The notes beneath the pieces are model-generated. The model worked only from the letters and a program-made list of their open reading frames with translations. It made no database searches and was not told the origin of the DNA. A program made the position numbers and the translations under genes. From Rhizaria sp. SCN 62-66 (taxonomy: Eukaryota): a DNA stretch of 52,738 nt. Where the stretch lies: assembly GCA_001724265.1 (NCBI GenBank), contig MEDY01000201.1:1-52738 (forward strand). The letters are read 5' to 3'. Each line of letters starts with the position of its first letter. Positions within the stretch are counted from its first letter, which is position 1. Shown here piece by piece: positions 37,689 through 48,948 of this stretch.

Positions 37689-38186
37689 CACGCTTATTTG
37701 ATACTTATTTCTTGCTTAATTAGTACGCGTTGTCGGCGTACCACAACTTTACTCCATGTTTTCTAACGACCGATTCTCGTGTCTATACATATAGTTTACC
37801 CTCTTTCACCTCGGTGATTTATGATTTGTGCATGATCGTGCATTAAAATGGAATTTTTCACTCCTAAACACGAATCATGCGCGAGATATTAATTGATGTT
37901 TAACGAATACCACGCCACATGTATCGGGGACTGTGGCCCGAAAAAATTATCGGCCAGTTGGACAGCAGCACTTCGGAGTTGAGCGCAAGTCTCAAAATGT
38001 CGCACTATATTCCGATACCGAATGTTGCGGGATACATATATGCTTTGAACTACAGATTAGTATATTGTTGCTTATTAAAACCTCAAAAATCCTTGCTTTG
38101 CCTTCACAACAGATTGCCCCAGAGCGAGACTCTTGACCGTTCGGTAACGAGACACGAGGCCCTCTCTCTGACCTTGCCGTAACACC

Positions 38187-39525
38187 ATGTTGAGCTCATT
38201 CCGTGCAGGTTCTGCCCTCCGCACTGCAGTGCGTGCTACTACGCATGCTTCTACCTCTGCATATGTCATCTCCTCGCCCCTGCGCGGCATGGAAGCAAGT
38301 GCGGTCTTTGGAGCTGGCAACTTTATGCAACCCTCTGTCAACAAAGCGTATGTCGCTGCAGCTTCACCATCATTTCTAGATGAATCATAACCGTATTTTT
38401 CATTATCAAACACATCTCATGTGCACATATTCGTTTGTTGATCCGCTATATCTCCCCGATCACAGAAGCATTGCCCGCGTGTTCGCACACGTCAACACCG
38501 AGGAGAACCGAGCCCAGTGGGACTACGATGCCTTCGTGCCGGACATGGGCAGCCAGGACGCGTACGAGATCGTCTCCAAGCTGGGCCGCGGCAAGTACTC
38601 TGAGGTTTTTGCAGGCATCCATCTGCCGACAGACGACCCCGTGGTGATCAAGATCCTCAAGCCGGTCAAGACTCGCAAGATCAACCGCGAGACTCTCATT
38701 CTCTCGCGCCTCGCACAGGGCCCCAACATCGCGCGCTTGCGCGAGACGGTGCAGGATCCTGTGTCCAAGACGACTTCGCTCGTGCTCGACTACACAGACG
38801 GCGCCGACTTCAAGACGCTCTACCCGACGCTCAAAGACGCCGATGTGCGGTTCTACCTCTACCAGCTGCTGCGCGCGCTCGCACACGCACACTCGCACGG
38901 CATCATGCACCGCGATGTCAAGCCGCACAACGTGATGATCGACCCCAAGCGCCGCACGCTCACGCTTATCGACTGGGGCCTGGCCGAGTTTTACCACGCC
39001 GGCTACGAGTACAACGTGCGCGTCGCGTCGCGCTACTTCAAGGGACCCGAACTGCTGGTCAACATGAAGGACTACGACTACTCGCTCGACCTCTGGTCCT
39101 TCGGCTGCGTCATGGCTGAGATGGTGTTCCTTGTGCACCCGCTGTTTCAAGGCAAGGATAACGACGACCAGCTCGTCAAGATCACAAAGGTCCTCGGCAC
39201 GCCCGCGCTGCGCCGTTATTTGGAGCGCTACCGCGTTTCGCTTGAGCCGCGTCTCGAGGCGCTGATCGGTGAGTACGCGCCGCGCCCGTGGACGCGCTTT
39301 GTCACCGACGCGAACCGCCACCTCGCGCACGCCGACGCGCTCGACCTGCTGTCGAAGGTGCTTGTGATGGACCACCAGCAACGGCTGTCGGCCGCCGAGG
39401 CGCTCGCGCACCCGTACTTCGACGCCGTGCGCGCGGCTGAAGCGGAGCGCCAGGGCAAGGCCGCCGCGGAAGCGGTCTCGCGGGAGATGGCGGCGGCGAA
39501 CAACGCGACCGCGAAGATAGTCTGA
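38187..39525 (+). CDS. CK2A (CSNK2A-like): Casein kinase II alpha catalytic subunit with N-terminal presequence-like extension; exons 38187-38347 and 38466-39525, about 406 aa
   Basis: SIARVFAHVN..WDY, LGRGKYSEVF, VIKILKPVK, HGIMHRDVKPHNVMID, LIDWGLAEFYH..YNVRVASRYFKGPELL, YDYSLDLWSFGC. A GTATGT..CAG intron at 38348-38465 joins in frame (GC|A). TGA stop. Confidence 0.93.
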
Positions 39526-39855
39526 GCTCAGCACTGCAAATGCACACATGCTTGCACACTCTGCATTGGTACCCTTATAATCACTGACTTGTGATACTCA
39601 TGAGATGTAATCGAGCGATTTGGATGTTGTGCATGCTAATCTATAACGTATTTAGATCCGAACAACTGCGTTCGACGACGGGCCACATACTGGATACAAA
39701 ATTGCAAGTTTATTTAACCTTCTTCATCATCTGTGAAGGTATGCAGCTTGAACTATATTGTGAGCTATGGTCGATATCTCTCTGTACAAAATTGTATTTT
39801 TGACATGACATCTGCTTGCCAAACTCTAAATAACCTGATATGCGCCGGAAAGTCC

Positions 39856-42800
39856 TCAATTGCCAACATCGTTGTTGGCGTCACCCTCCCAATATCCAGT
39901 GTCACCATCTTCACCTTCTCCGTAACCATCGGCCTCTTCACCCTCGTAGTAGTAATAATAATCCCCTTCACCCCAATCGCCTTCACCGTCGCTGTCCACA
40001 TCACCCGTCGAGTCAACGTGCGTCTCATCAACATGATCACCGTAATTCACCCGAGCCTCAGCTGTGGATCCACTCCCATGGTTGGGCGCGGCTGATTCTT
40101 GCTTCACGGCTGTACGACGGGCAGCGCCGGTCCGCGCAGCGACAACAGATTCGACTGACATCCCGTCTTCTACTCCGTCGCCTTCAGCAGCAGCTGCTGA
40201 AGCGCTGCCTGCTGCGCTACTGTGCGGATGTTGCTGATGCTCGTGCTTGACTGTGGCTGATCCATGTGCAGCCGCATTGCGCGTGCTAGCAGAGTTGGCA
40301 ATAGAAGAACCGACACCAAGGTTATTATCCTCGTTCGTCTTTACGTCGGTGTCTGCTTTGCTATCATCGTGCATTGCAAAAACGTTGTTATTATGTAGCT
40401 CATGGCTCGGTTCGTGCGTGCCGTCTAGCTCTTCTTCTTCACTCTCATCTTCGTGGTACTGTTCACGTTCAGCGATAGAGCCAAGCAAGAGCTTTCGAAG
40501 CTGCGTAATAAGCACACTCTCGACAGCCTCAGCAGAGACTGCGGAAGCTGTGTGACCCGTGCCGGGCTCTGCCTTTACGTGCGGCAGTGTGGCGCCATCA
40601 GTCGAGCTGCTCAACGCACTCGCAGGGGTGGCGCCGGCTAGAGCCGCCGCAATCCTACGCTTAAACGCGCCTGACGCACTATGCCGCACAATGTCTCCGA
40701 TTGACGCTGCGATTGCAGGCGCCACCGTCTAGTGCTGATACACACTGCGCCGCTCGCGCCGCGACAACACACCCGGCAGACGCGCCTTTGCTGCGACAAT
40801 AGCGCGCGCCGCGCAGACGGTGACAGCGCGCGCTCGTGCACGCGTCAGCGCTACTGAGACCTTGTGTAAAGACTTGTACGGTATGGGTGGTGCACGAGCT
40901 CGGTTGGCCGCTGCCGCACCAATTGCAGACGGCTCGCCTTCGGCTGCACCAGTGTCAAAGTTGATTAGCATGCATATTCGGGTCACACGCGGCGCCGCCA
41001 CTGCATCCGCAAGCACGTCCCTTCGCCCACCTTCGCTCGCGCCGCCACCAGCATCTACAGCAGCGCCCGATGAGATATCACTGCTAGCGTCGGTGGGACG
41101 AAGCCATTGCGTTTGGCAATATGCCCACGCACTAGCCTCCGGTGGCGGCGGCAGCGTGAATATCTCCATATCGGCGTCAGCCTTATCGACGTCTCTGCGC
41201 TGGAAGTGTGGCCAGCTAGTGTCTGTGCGCAACCGGTCTGCAGCTGCGGTAGGTGCGCGCGCAGTTGTGGCAGGTACCGCCTCAAGTCCCAGTAGCGCAA
41301 CTGCAGACTTCAGCATAGCTTGATCAATTACGGACACTGCCTTTGCTAAGTCACAGTCTCCTGCAGTGGCTTGGGGCAGAAGTGAAGATGAGGCAACGGA
41401 GCGGTAACAGTGAAAGGGAATTAGACTATGTAAATATGCGGGGCTAGCATCTGATTCTTCGGTGTTCCCAGTGGGAGAATCTTCTCCATCGCTCGTGCTG
41501 CTCTTTTCGCACGTTGCGCGCGATGATGATAAACCAGCACCATAGTCGTTCATAGTATCTGTTTCAACCAATAACACGCAGTGAAAACAATCGCCGCGCG
41601 CCAGCGACTGAGCCAGCGATGCGCGTGTTTGTAATCGCTTGTACTGGGTTGCGTGGAATAAACGTTCTCCAGCGGTGGGCGGCGGTAGGAACGTCGTAAT
41701 TGCAGCGTGTACGCGAGTTTCTTCTTCTTGCACAGTCATGGTATTGGTTGCATCAGTTACAGTTGGCTGCTGCTCTACTGTTGTGTTTGCGGGGGCGGCT
41801 CTAACAACGTGGGAACGATCAGCTCCATGCACATGGCTAGAGCCTGCTGTGCTCTCCGACTTTACGAATGTGTCAATAGGCGGCTTAGATGCGGAAATGC
41901 TCTGATCACGATTTGTTGTTGGGAGCAGATCGTTGCGGTGTGATAGCCATGGGACCAGCGGCATGATGCTGCGTAACGTAGTCTCTAATGCGCTTGAAGT
42001 AGCACCAGCGTCCAAGTTAGATGTGCCGACCTGATCAGTAGCTAACTCATCAGCAGGCGCAGTCGCTGAAGGCTCAGATACATTCTCCACATTGCTTGCG
42101 GCTACATCATGCGTTTCCGTTTTGACGGGGGTGCTCAATGTTTCGGCATTAGTTGCGTTTCTTATTGCGGCACCGTTGCCTGTATTTGCCTAATGATCGG
42201 AACGGGCGTCTGCAAGTGAATCGTTGTCAGTGCTGACATCCCCGTGCGACTGCTGTTGCGTGGGTTGATGTTGCTGGTGAAGCATGCGTGAGCGCTTTCC
42301 AACCGGGAGAATTGTTGGAAAAGATGGCACGTGTGCACTTGTGTTTGCGACCTGTAGCACGCTTGGCCGCTGACGGCGCACACGCACACGGACACGCGTG
42401 CGCTTGGTCTGGGCAACAGCAATATTAGTCGATTGATTGAATTGATCCGGCAGGTAACTCGAGTTTTTATCCGCTGCTTGTGCTGCAGTGATGCGAGCTG
42501 GAATGCGCAGTGATGCCAAGTTACGTACGCTTGCGTGGCTTACAGTTGTCGCAACAATGCACATTCCAGCCGCAGGACCTGCGCCATTGAATTCACTTTG
42601 CCCATCATTGAGAACAGATAACCCAAACTGTGGCAGGCGTGCGCGATGGCGGGAGTACACTGCCCAAAGCGCGAGACAGCCGTGCACTAAACGGGGCAGT
42701 GCTGCCTGCGCAGTGCCACCAGCTGCCAACGCTGCGCCCGGTAGCCATGGCAACGGAGCAAGTGATGCCGGTGAGCCTGTTGTTAAACCGCCTTCGCAAG

Positions 42801-45617
42801 GAGAGTCCGCGCTTGCAAAAGCGAGGATACGCGATGCTGCTGCAGAGTTGATTACTGGCAGCGCAACAACGGTAACTGGGCGGTCCCGCTAAACGTTTTC
42901 AAGGGGGGGTGGCAAATCATCCTCATTACCAGTGTTAACGTTTGCAGAAGCATCGCCTAACTCCTCATCACGCGTAGGGCGTGTTTCGTCAGCTGATGAA
43001 ATATGTTCTGAATCTGCTGCTGAGAACGTCTTGTAAAAAGCTGGAAGGATGTGCATAACGTTGACCCCGCAGAGCTTGCGCACAAGTAAGCGTGCTGTGT
43101 CAGTAATGCCGGCGTGTTTCTCAGGCAACCGATGCGGTTGTTCGATATAGTCAACATGCCGACGGCCTGACGTCCATATTTTTGACTCAGTTGGCTCTCG
43201 TTGAAGCGCAGTGACCGCAGCAACCGTGCCTACCCAGCTGCTTAAATAACTCCGCATACCATTGTATACTGCAGGCAATGGTGCCGTGTAGAGACGCAAC
43301 GCATCATGATAGTTAACACAAAAGTTAGCCGGACCTGGTTCATCGTACCAGCACTCCCGGCCACCGCTGTCCGGTTTATCATTAGCTTCGCTGTTCGTTG
43401 TTTTGTCTTGAAGTGTCGCATTTGCTATTTGCTCAATCACGCTTGGCGATGACAGAACAAAGATGGGCCGACGTGTCTCGCCTGTCCGATTCTGAGCGTC
43501 AACTGAAAACACAGCAGCTCCACTCGACGCTTTAAGCAAGGTCTCGAGTTGCAGCGGCGGCGCCAGCAGATCAACGCCAGGCTGGATAGACTTCAACAGT
43601 GACATGAGCACAGGTGCGACTGGGGCACGCGCATTGGATACCTGCGACGGAACAGCTGTGAGAGCTGCTGCAAAGGCCGATGTGGCAGCCGAGTCAAGCG
43701 CTGCAGCATGCGGTGGTCGCCATAGGCTGTAGGGCTCCTCCGGGACCAGAAGTGCAATCTCATCCATCTGCCAGGTGGCAGCTGCATTGGGTACGTGTGT
43801 TGACGCATTAGGAACTTCTACAGCTGCTGTTGAAAGAGCGCCCGGGCGCGTCGCTGCAAGTCGGAGCAGGCCTGCTGCAGTGGCTTCAGGGCACAGTGCA
43901 AGCCGCAGATGGGGACCATTTGGCGTTGCGGTACAGACGGCGTCAACACGCGCGCACGTAAGAGATGGCAACGGCAGTGCACGTTGCGCGGCAACAGCCC
44001 CAGCGTGGGCTGCCACGTCTTGCGTCTGAACAGCGGGCTGTGGCCAAACAAAAGCGCCCGACGGTGAGGCCGGAAAGGCCCACTTACAGACAAGCCGGAC
44101 ACGCACACTTTGAGTGTCTGCGACGGAAGGAACAAGTCCCAGCAAAGGCTGCGATGCCACATATGCTAGGATTGCGCGTGCACATGCGCCCTCAGCTGCA
44201 GGGTCAGCCGGCGCCACGAGTGCAAGCGTCACGCGCGTACCCTGGGACTGGGCTCGTCGCTGCCCCGCTCCACATGCTACGGATACCGCTGCGTGATCTC
44301 GTGTGTTTGCCAGCACATGAACTGGCTTAGCACGGGCGCGCACAACGCGCACTGCAGTGTCACCCGAGATTGCACCCACAGTCACTTCGTGCATCTCGCC
44401 CATTTTAGATGCGGTACCGCCCAAACTAGATGCTGCGTTTGATGCGCTTGCGTTTAGACTCACAGACGCATTGGCCCTGGAACTTGTGCTTGTGTTCATG
44501 GACGCACTCAAAGTTGAAGCTGATAACGGAGGATCAGAACGTTCAGAACCGCTATCGGTGACTGTCAGCACAGTGACTGTACCTGGACCCCATGGTCGTA
44601 ACTTTGAAGCATACAGCACAACGCCCTTAAAACCGACGCCAAATGTGCCGACGGTGCCACCAGTTTCCGCAGGACCTTCTCCACTTGCACTGGCAGACGA
44701 TGTGTCCACATCAGAGCGATCACCAATACCGGCGAGCGTCGTCGGCGCTGCTGCAGCATTAGAACCATCATCGTCGCCACCCTTAGAAGATGCAAAAAGC
44801 GACGTCATCAGCCGGGCGCGCGCAGGATCCGTGGCTAGCCCCGCAATGCCTGAGCCCGAGTCCTGCGCAGTAACGGTGTAGCGCACCAGGAAACGTCCCG
44901 GGGCTCCGGCCCCGCGGCCAGACTGCAGGTCAGCTACTGAGGCAAGCGGTGTCGCTGTGCTCCCCCCCGTGGCTAATGCAGAGTTGGGGGCAGACAATAG
45001 CGCGTCGGCGGTGTCAGCGGCTGCTGCAGCCGCGGCGGATGCTGCTGCTGAAGTTGCAGCGGCAGTGCCGCCACCCGCGACAGCAAACGTTGCTGGTGCG
45101 GTAACAAGGGGCTGCCAGTTACGGTGCGTGCGCGAGATGTACTCGCGCTGTGGAGGACGCACTGGGGCAGATGCATTGTCAGCAAAGCATGAGCCTGGAG
45201 GGGGCGGCCACTCATAAGCACTCGCTGAGCTTGTGGCGCACGCCGACCGCAGCCAGGCAAGCTCTGATCCTGATTCAAGCGCCGCAGCGTAAAATGACTG
45301 CGCGGGTGCCGCAGCCCAGGTGTCAATGATGTGGCTGGCGTGGATGGTCATTGTGATGTTATGTTGTGTGGTGGCAGAGAGGGGGGAGCTGAGTTGACGA
45401 TCGCGGATTGCATCAAGAGCATTGTCAAATAGCTCCTTGACCGTCTGGAATACCGCCGACTCAGGTGAAAACCCGAGGAGTGCAAGATCTACAAGGGAAA
45501 TACATATGCACGCTGTGAATTAAGATATATTGTTCGATATAATGTGGGACTGGAGTTAGACAGGTGAACAGACGTACTTTTGCCAAAGAAACGAGCAGCA
45601 CTCGGCTCGGAAGACAT
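39856..45617 (-). CDS. TOP6B-like: DNA topoisomerase VI subunit B-like protein (GHKL plus transducer); exons 45617-45578 and 45488-39856, about 1890 aa with three in-frame TAG codons
   Basis: The spliced N-terminus MSSEPSAARFFGK|NLALLGFSPESAVFQTVKELFDNALDA matches the Top6B start and Bergerat motif I. QDSGSGI (about 44845-44865), GTFGVGFKGVVLY (44611-44649), GTRV (44230-44241), transducer IPYKSLHK (40861-40884) and VAPAIAASIGDIVRHS follow. Four listed ORFs share one frame, joined by TAG at 42889, 42190 and 40729. Final stop is TGA. Confidence 0.85.
40729..40731 (-). other. In-frame TAG within the conserved transducer end of TopoVIB-like
   Basis: RRSVYQH*TVAPAIAASIGDIV. Confidence 0.8.
42190..42192 (-). 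other. In-frame TAG in TopoVIB-like
   Basis: DARSDH*ANTGNGAAIRNATNAETLSTPVK. Confidence 0.75.
42889..42891 (-). other. In-frame TAG in TopoVIB-like
   Basis: PPPLENV*RDRPVTVVALPVINS. Confidence 0.75.
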
Positions 45618-46049
45618 TAAGACCTCAGGAGAGAACCCCTGAAGAATATATGCTAGGTTAGTCAAATTGAAACTTGAATTAATTAATACCAACTCAATGT
45701 GTCAACCGAAAACGGAGTATTGTTTCATAATAGAAAGCAGGTCTTCAAGTCACATCCGAAAATGCGTATGTGGTGGGCCGGTAGGTGACCGTGGGCAGCC
45801 ATCGGGCGATGCAACAGTCTTCCCGCGCTTCGCTCAGCTTTCTCTGCCGCTTTTGCTTGGCATGGACTGTCCGTGTTTGCGTCTCTAAGTCTCTATTCAA
45901 GTGTTCATTTCTAACGATCTAACATCTATTTTGACCGTTTTCTTCCACTAAATAGGCTTCTTTCAAACTCGATCTTCTTTAAGACTGCCCTCGTGAACAG
46001 CTCGAACACCCACCGCTAACGCTAAAACTTCCCCGACTAGAGCTACAAG
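45618..46049. promoter_or_regulatory. Putative bidirectional promoter/5'UTRs between TOP6B-like and RAD21/REC8
   Basis: Only 432 nt separate the two divergent start codons. Confidence 0.55.
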
Positions 46050-48806
46050 AGTACGTTAATTCGAGATATATTAGATATACATACCATTATCGTACTGTTT
46101 CATATATTATATGTCTGCCATTTTCCCATCACGTTCATGTGTTGTCTTGGTCAACCTCCGTCTCACTTTCGCGCCCTTTGCTTGCTTGCTTTTCCCGCCT
46201 TCAGTGTTCTTCGGCCAAGTTCTCTTTAACAAGGGCGCTGACAGCCTCGGCCTTGCTCCCAGTACGTATCAGCTCTTTCTTTGCTCCTTCGGAGCTGTAT
46301 TTGCCCGCTCAAGCTTCATTCGTATTACAATCGCTCACCATTTTCGTTTCCCGCCTTTTTTTCCTTACGCTCCCTCCTAACCTTTCAACTCTCTTCCTCC
46401 CGCGCACCCCTAGTCTGGCTTGCGGCTCACTGGCCGAACAAGCTCAAGAAGGAGATGGTTCTTCGCATCGTGATCGAGTCGTACGTGGACCGCATCATGA
46501 ACCCTCAGACGCCGCTGGCACTGCGCCTGCGCTCGCACCTGCTGTGCGGTGTCGTGCGCATCTACCAGCGCAAGATGGCATATCTCACCGAGGACGCCCA
46601 CCGCGCCCGTAAGGACGGCTTTCTCGCGCGCATCAAGCAGCACCTCGCTGCCGCTTCGCTCGCCGCCGACGGATCCGTCGACGCCACTCACAACGGGTCG
46701 ATCGTCGACGCCAGCAGTGCCGGTGGCGCCAACGCGAGCCGCGCCGCCGTCGACGTTGACGCCGCTCTTGACCCTCTGCTGTCGCACGCGATGGCCGCGC
46801 AGGACCTCTCGTTTGGGCTCGACGACGATGCGCTGATGTCGCACCTTGACGCGTCGATGAACTTGGTCGAGGCGCGTCTCAACGCGCAGGCGGCACAAGC
46901 ACTAAACACGCCCGGCGGCGCTGCTGCCGCTGCCGCCGCCGCCGCCGCCGCCGCTGCGGGCGGCGCGTTCGCCGGTCTGGGCGGTGGTTACGAAGGCGCG
47001 GACGCGTTTTCGCTCGAGAACCTTGGGTTCGACATGGTTGAAGGCTTTGACGGCTTTGACGGCGCGCAGTTCGCCGGCGCCGACGGCCAGTTCGGCGGCG
47101 CACACAACATGAGTACAACGTCCTTTGCGGGCGTTGAGGCGGCCCGTGCAGGCACCGCGCCTGGTTCCCCCGCGGGCCCCGAGCTCGGCCTGGGCATGGG
47201 CAACATCAGCTTCGGCGCATCGCCCTCGCCCGCGCGCGCCGCCGGGGTCAACACCAGCGGTCTGCACCCTACGCGTCTCTCGTTCGGCGCTGCTGAGGTT
47301 GCCCGCGACGAGCGCCGCCGTCTCTCCACCGCGTTCGCCGCGGGCGGCCCGCTCGGTCTGGGTGACTTGTCGGCCCTGTTTGACAGCGAGAAGGCTCTCG
47401 CGCTCTCCGACCTCGCGACTGCGGGTGAGGCGTTCGGTTTGCCCGCCTTCGACGCCCGCGCACCGGATGCCGGCGCGTTCACCGCGGAGGATATGGCGTC
47501 GCTGCTCACGCTCAAGCAGGGCGCAGACGCCGTGCCCTCGCCCTCGCGCACGCGCCGTAATGCCGCGTCCCCCCCGGGCTCGCCTGAACGCGCCTCCCCC
47601 CGCCGACCCTCGGCCGCTGCCGACCTTGCTGCCGGCGCCGACGCCGCCGCCGCGCCCGGCAGCGCGCCCGGTTCGCCCGCGGCCGTAAACGCGCTCAAGC
47701 GCCGCCGCGAGCTCCCTACCGACTCCGCCGTCGAGCTGTCTTCGGCCGTCATGAACGGCTGGTTCCGCTCTGCTGACGAGCTGATGCACGTCAAGCGTCC
47801 CTGCATCGCGTCTGCGTATGAGTACGCGCGCGTGGGCGCAGACGGCCGCGCGTCCGAGTCAACCGTTAGCACGGCGACCGCGGCGGCGCTGGCGCTGCGC
47901 GTGCAGTGCGCGCCCGCCGCCGTGCTCCGCGAGGGCGCTCTTGAGGGCACGCGTCTGCCGTTCCCTGCCTCCGGGGGCGGGCTCGCGAGCGCTGCGGCCG
48001 GCGCGCTGATGAACTACGCGCCCTCCGCCGACGTCGCTGCCCTTGTGCGAGCGGCTGATGAAGAGCTGTACCTCTCTGACGCTGCCGCGCTCAACGCCAG
48101 CGGCGCTCATGGCAGCGGCGGCCACGGAAGTCTGTCGGCGTCGTTCGCGTCGTCGGGTCTGCCCAGTGACGAGTCGCTGCTCTCGGTTGATGGGCTCGTC
48201 CACGAGGCGTCGCGCGCGCTTGACAACACCGGGCTGGACGCGGCGGGCGTCGAGGACGGCTACAACGCCGACTACAACGGTCTCGACGAGCTTGACGTCT
48301 CGCTGCTGCCCGCCGGCGTCTCTGTCGCGGAAAACAGCGCTGCTAAGTACAGTCTCCACGCGTTTGGCACCAGCGGCGGCGCAGACGCGGTCGCGCAGCC
48401 GGAGTCCTCGGGCGCTGCTGCTGCCGCCGCCGCCGCCGCGGAAACAGTGGTATCGACGATGCGTCCACCTAAGTGGCTCGCTGGCGTCCGCAAGCCCGCG
48501 TCGTTCGCCGGTCTGATCGAGCGCGAGGTGGCCGCTGCCGACGCAGTTGCGCGCCGCAGCGAGTCCCGCCGCAGCAGCCGCGGCATGGGCGGCGACGACG
48601 ATGACGATGACGAGGAAGACGAGGATGAGGAGAGCGGAAAGCAGGTCGCCGTCGCCAAGAAGGAGGCTGCCGAGGCCAAGGCGGCGCAGGCGCGCGCACG
48701 CACGGCAGCGGTGGCGTTCTGCACGATGCTGCACCTCGCTGCGGCGCAGAAAGTTACCGTCAGTCAGAGCGAGGCCTTCGGTGACATCAAGGTCAACCTG
48801 GTCTAA
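46050..48806 (+). CDS. RAD21/REC8: Cohesin alpha-kleisin (RAD21/REC8 family); exons 46050, 46205-46261 and 46414-48806, about 816 aa
   Basis: Spliced MFFGQVLFNKGADSLGLAPIWLAAHW..ALRLRSHLLCGVVRIYQRKMAYL is the kleisin N domain, and TAAVAFCTMLHLAAAQKVTVSQSEAFGDI is the C-terminal winged helix. Introns GTACGT..CAG (46051-46204) and GTACGT..TAG (46262-46413). TAA stop. Confidence 0.92.
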
Positions 48807-48948
48807 GAAACTACAGTGCAACCTTGCTTGCTTGCTACATAGTCGTTTGTCCCTTCTGAAGTGACGTTAGTTCACAACAATTGATCTCTCTGTTTCATCA
48901 ATACACCACAATTCAATGTTTAATTCAACACTACATGCACGTTCCTAA

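Noticed and set aside
21390-42891. Pyrrolysine or selenocysteine insertion
   Set aside because: Sec uses UGA. Pyl is not known in eukaryotes, and the TAG positions are non-catalytic.
39856-45351. Four separate genes or a pseudogene
   Set aside because: The ORFs share one frame with no spacers, Top6B motifs are ordered across them, the catalytic motifs are intact and the only lesions are TAG.
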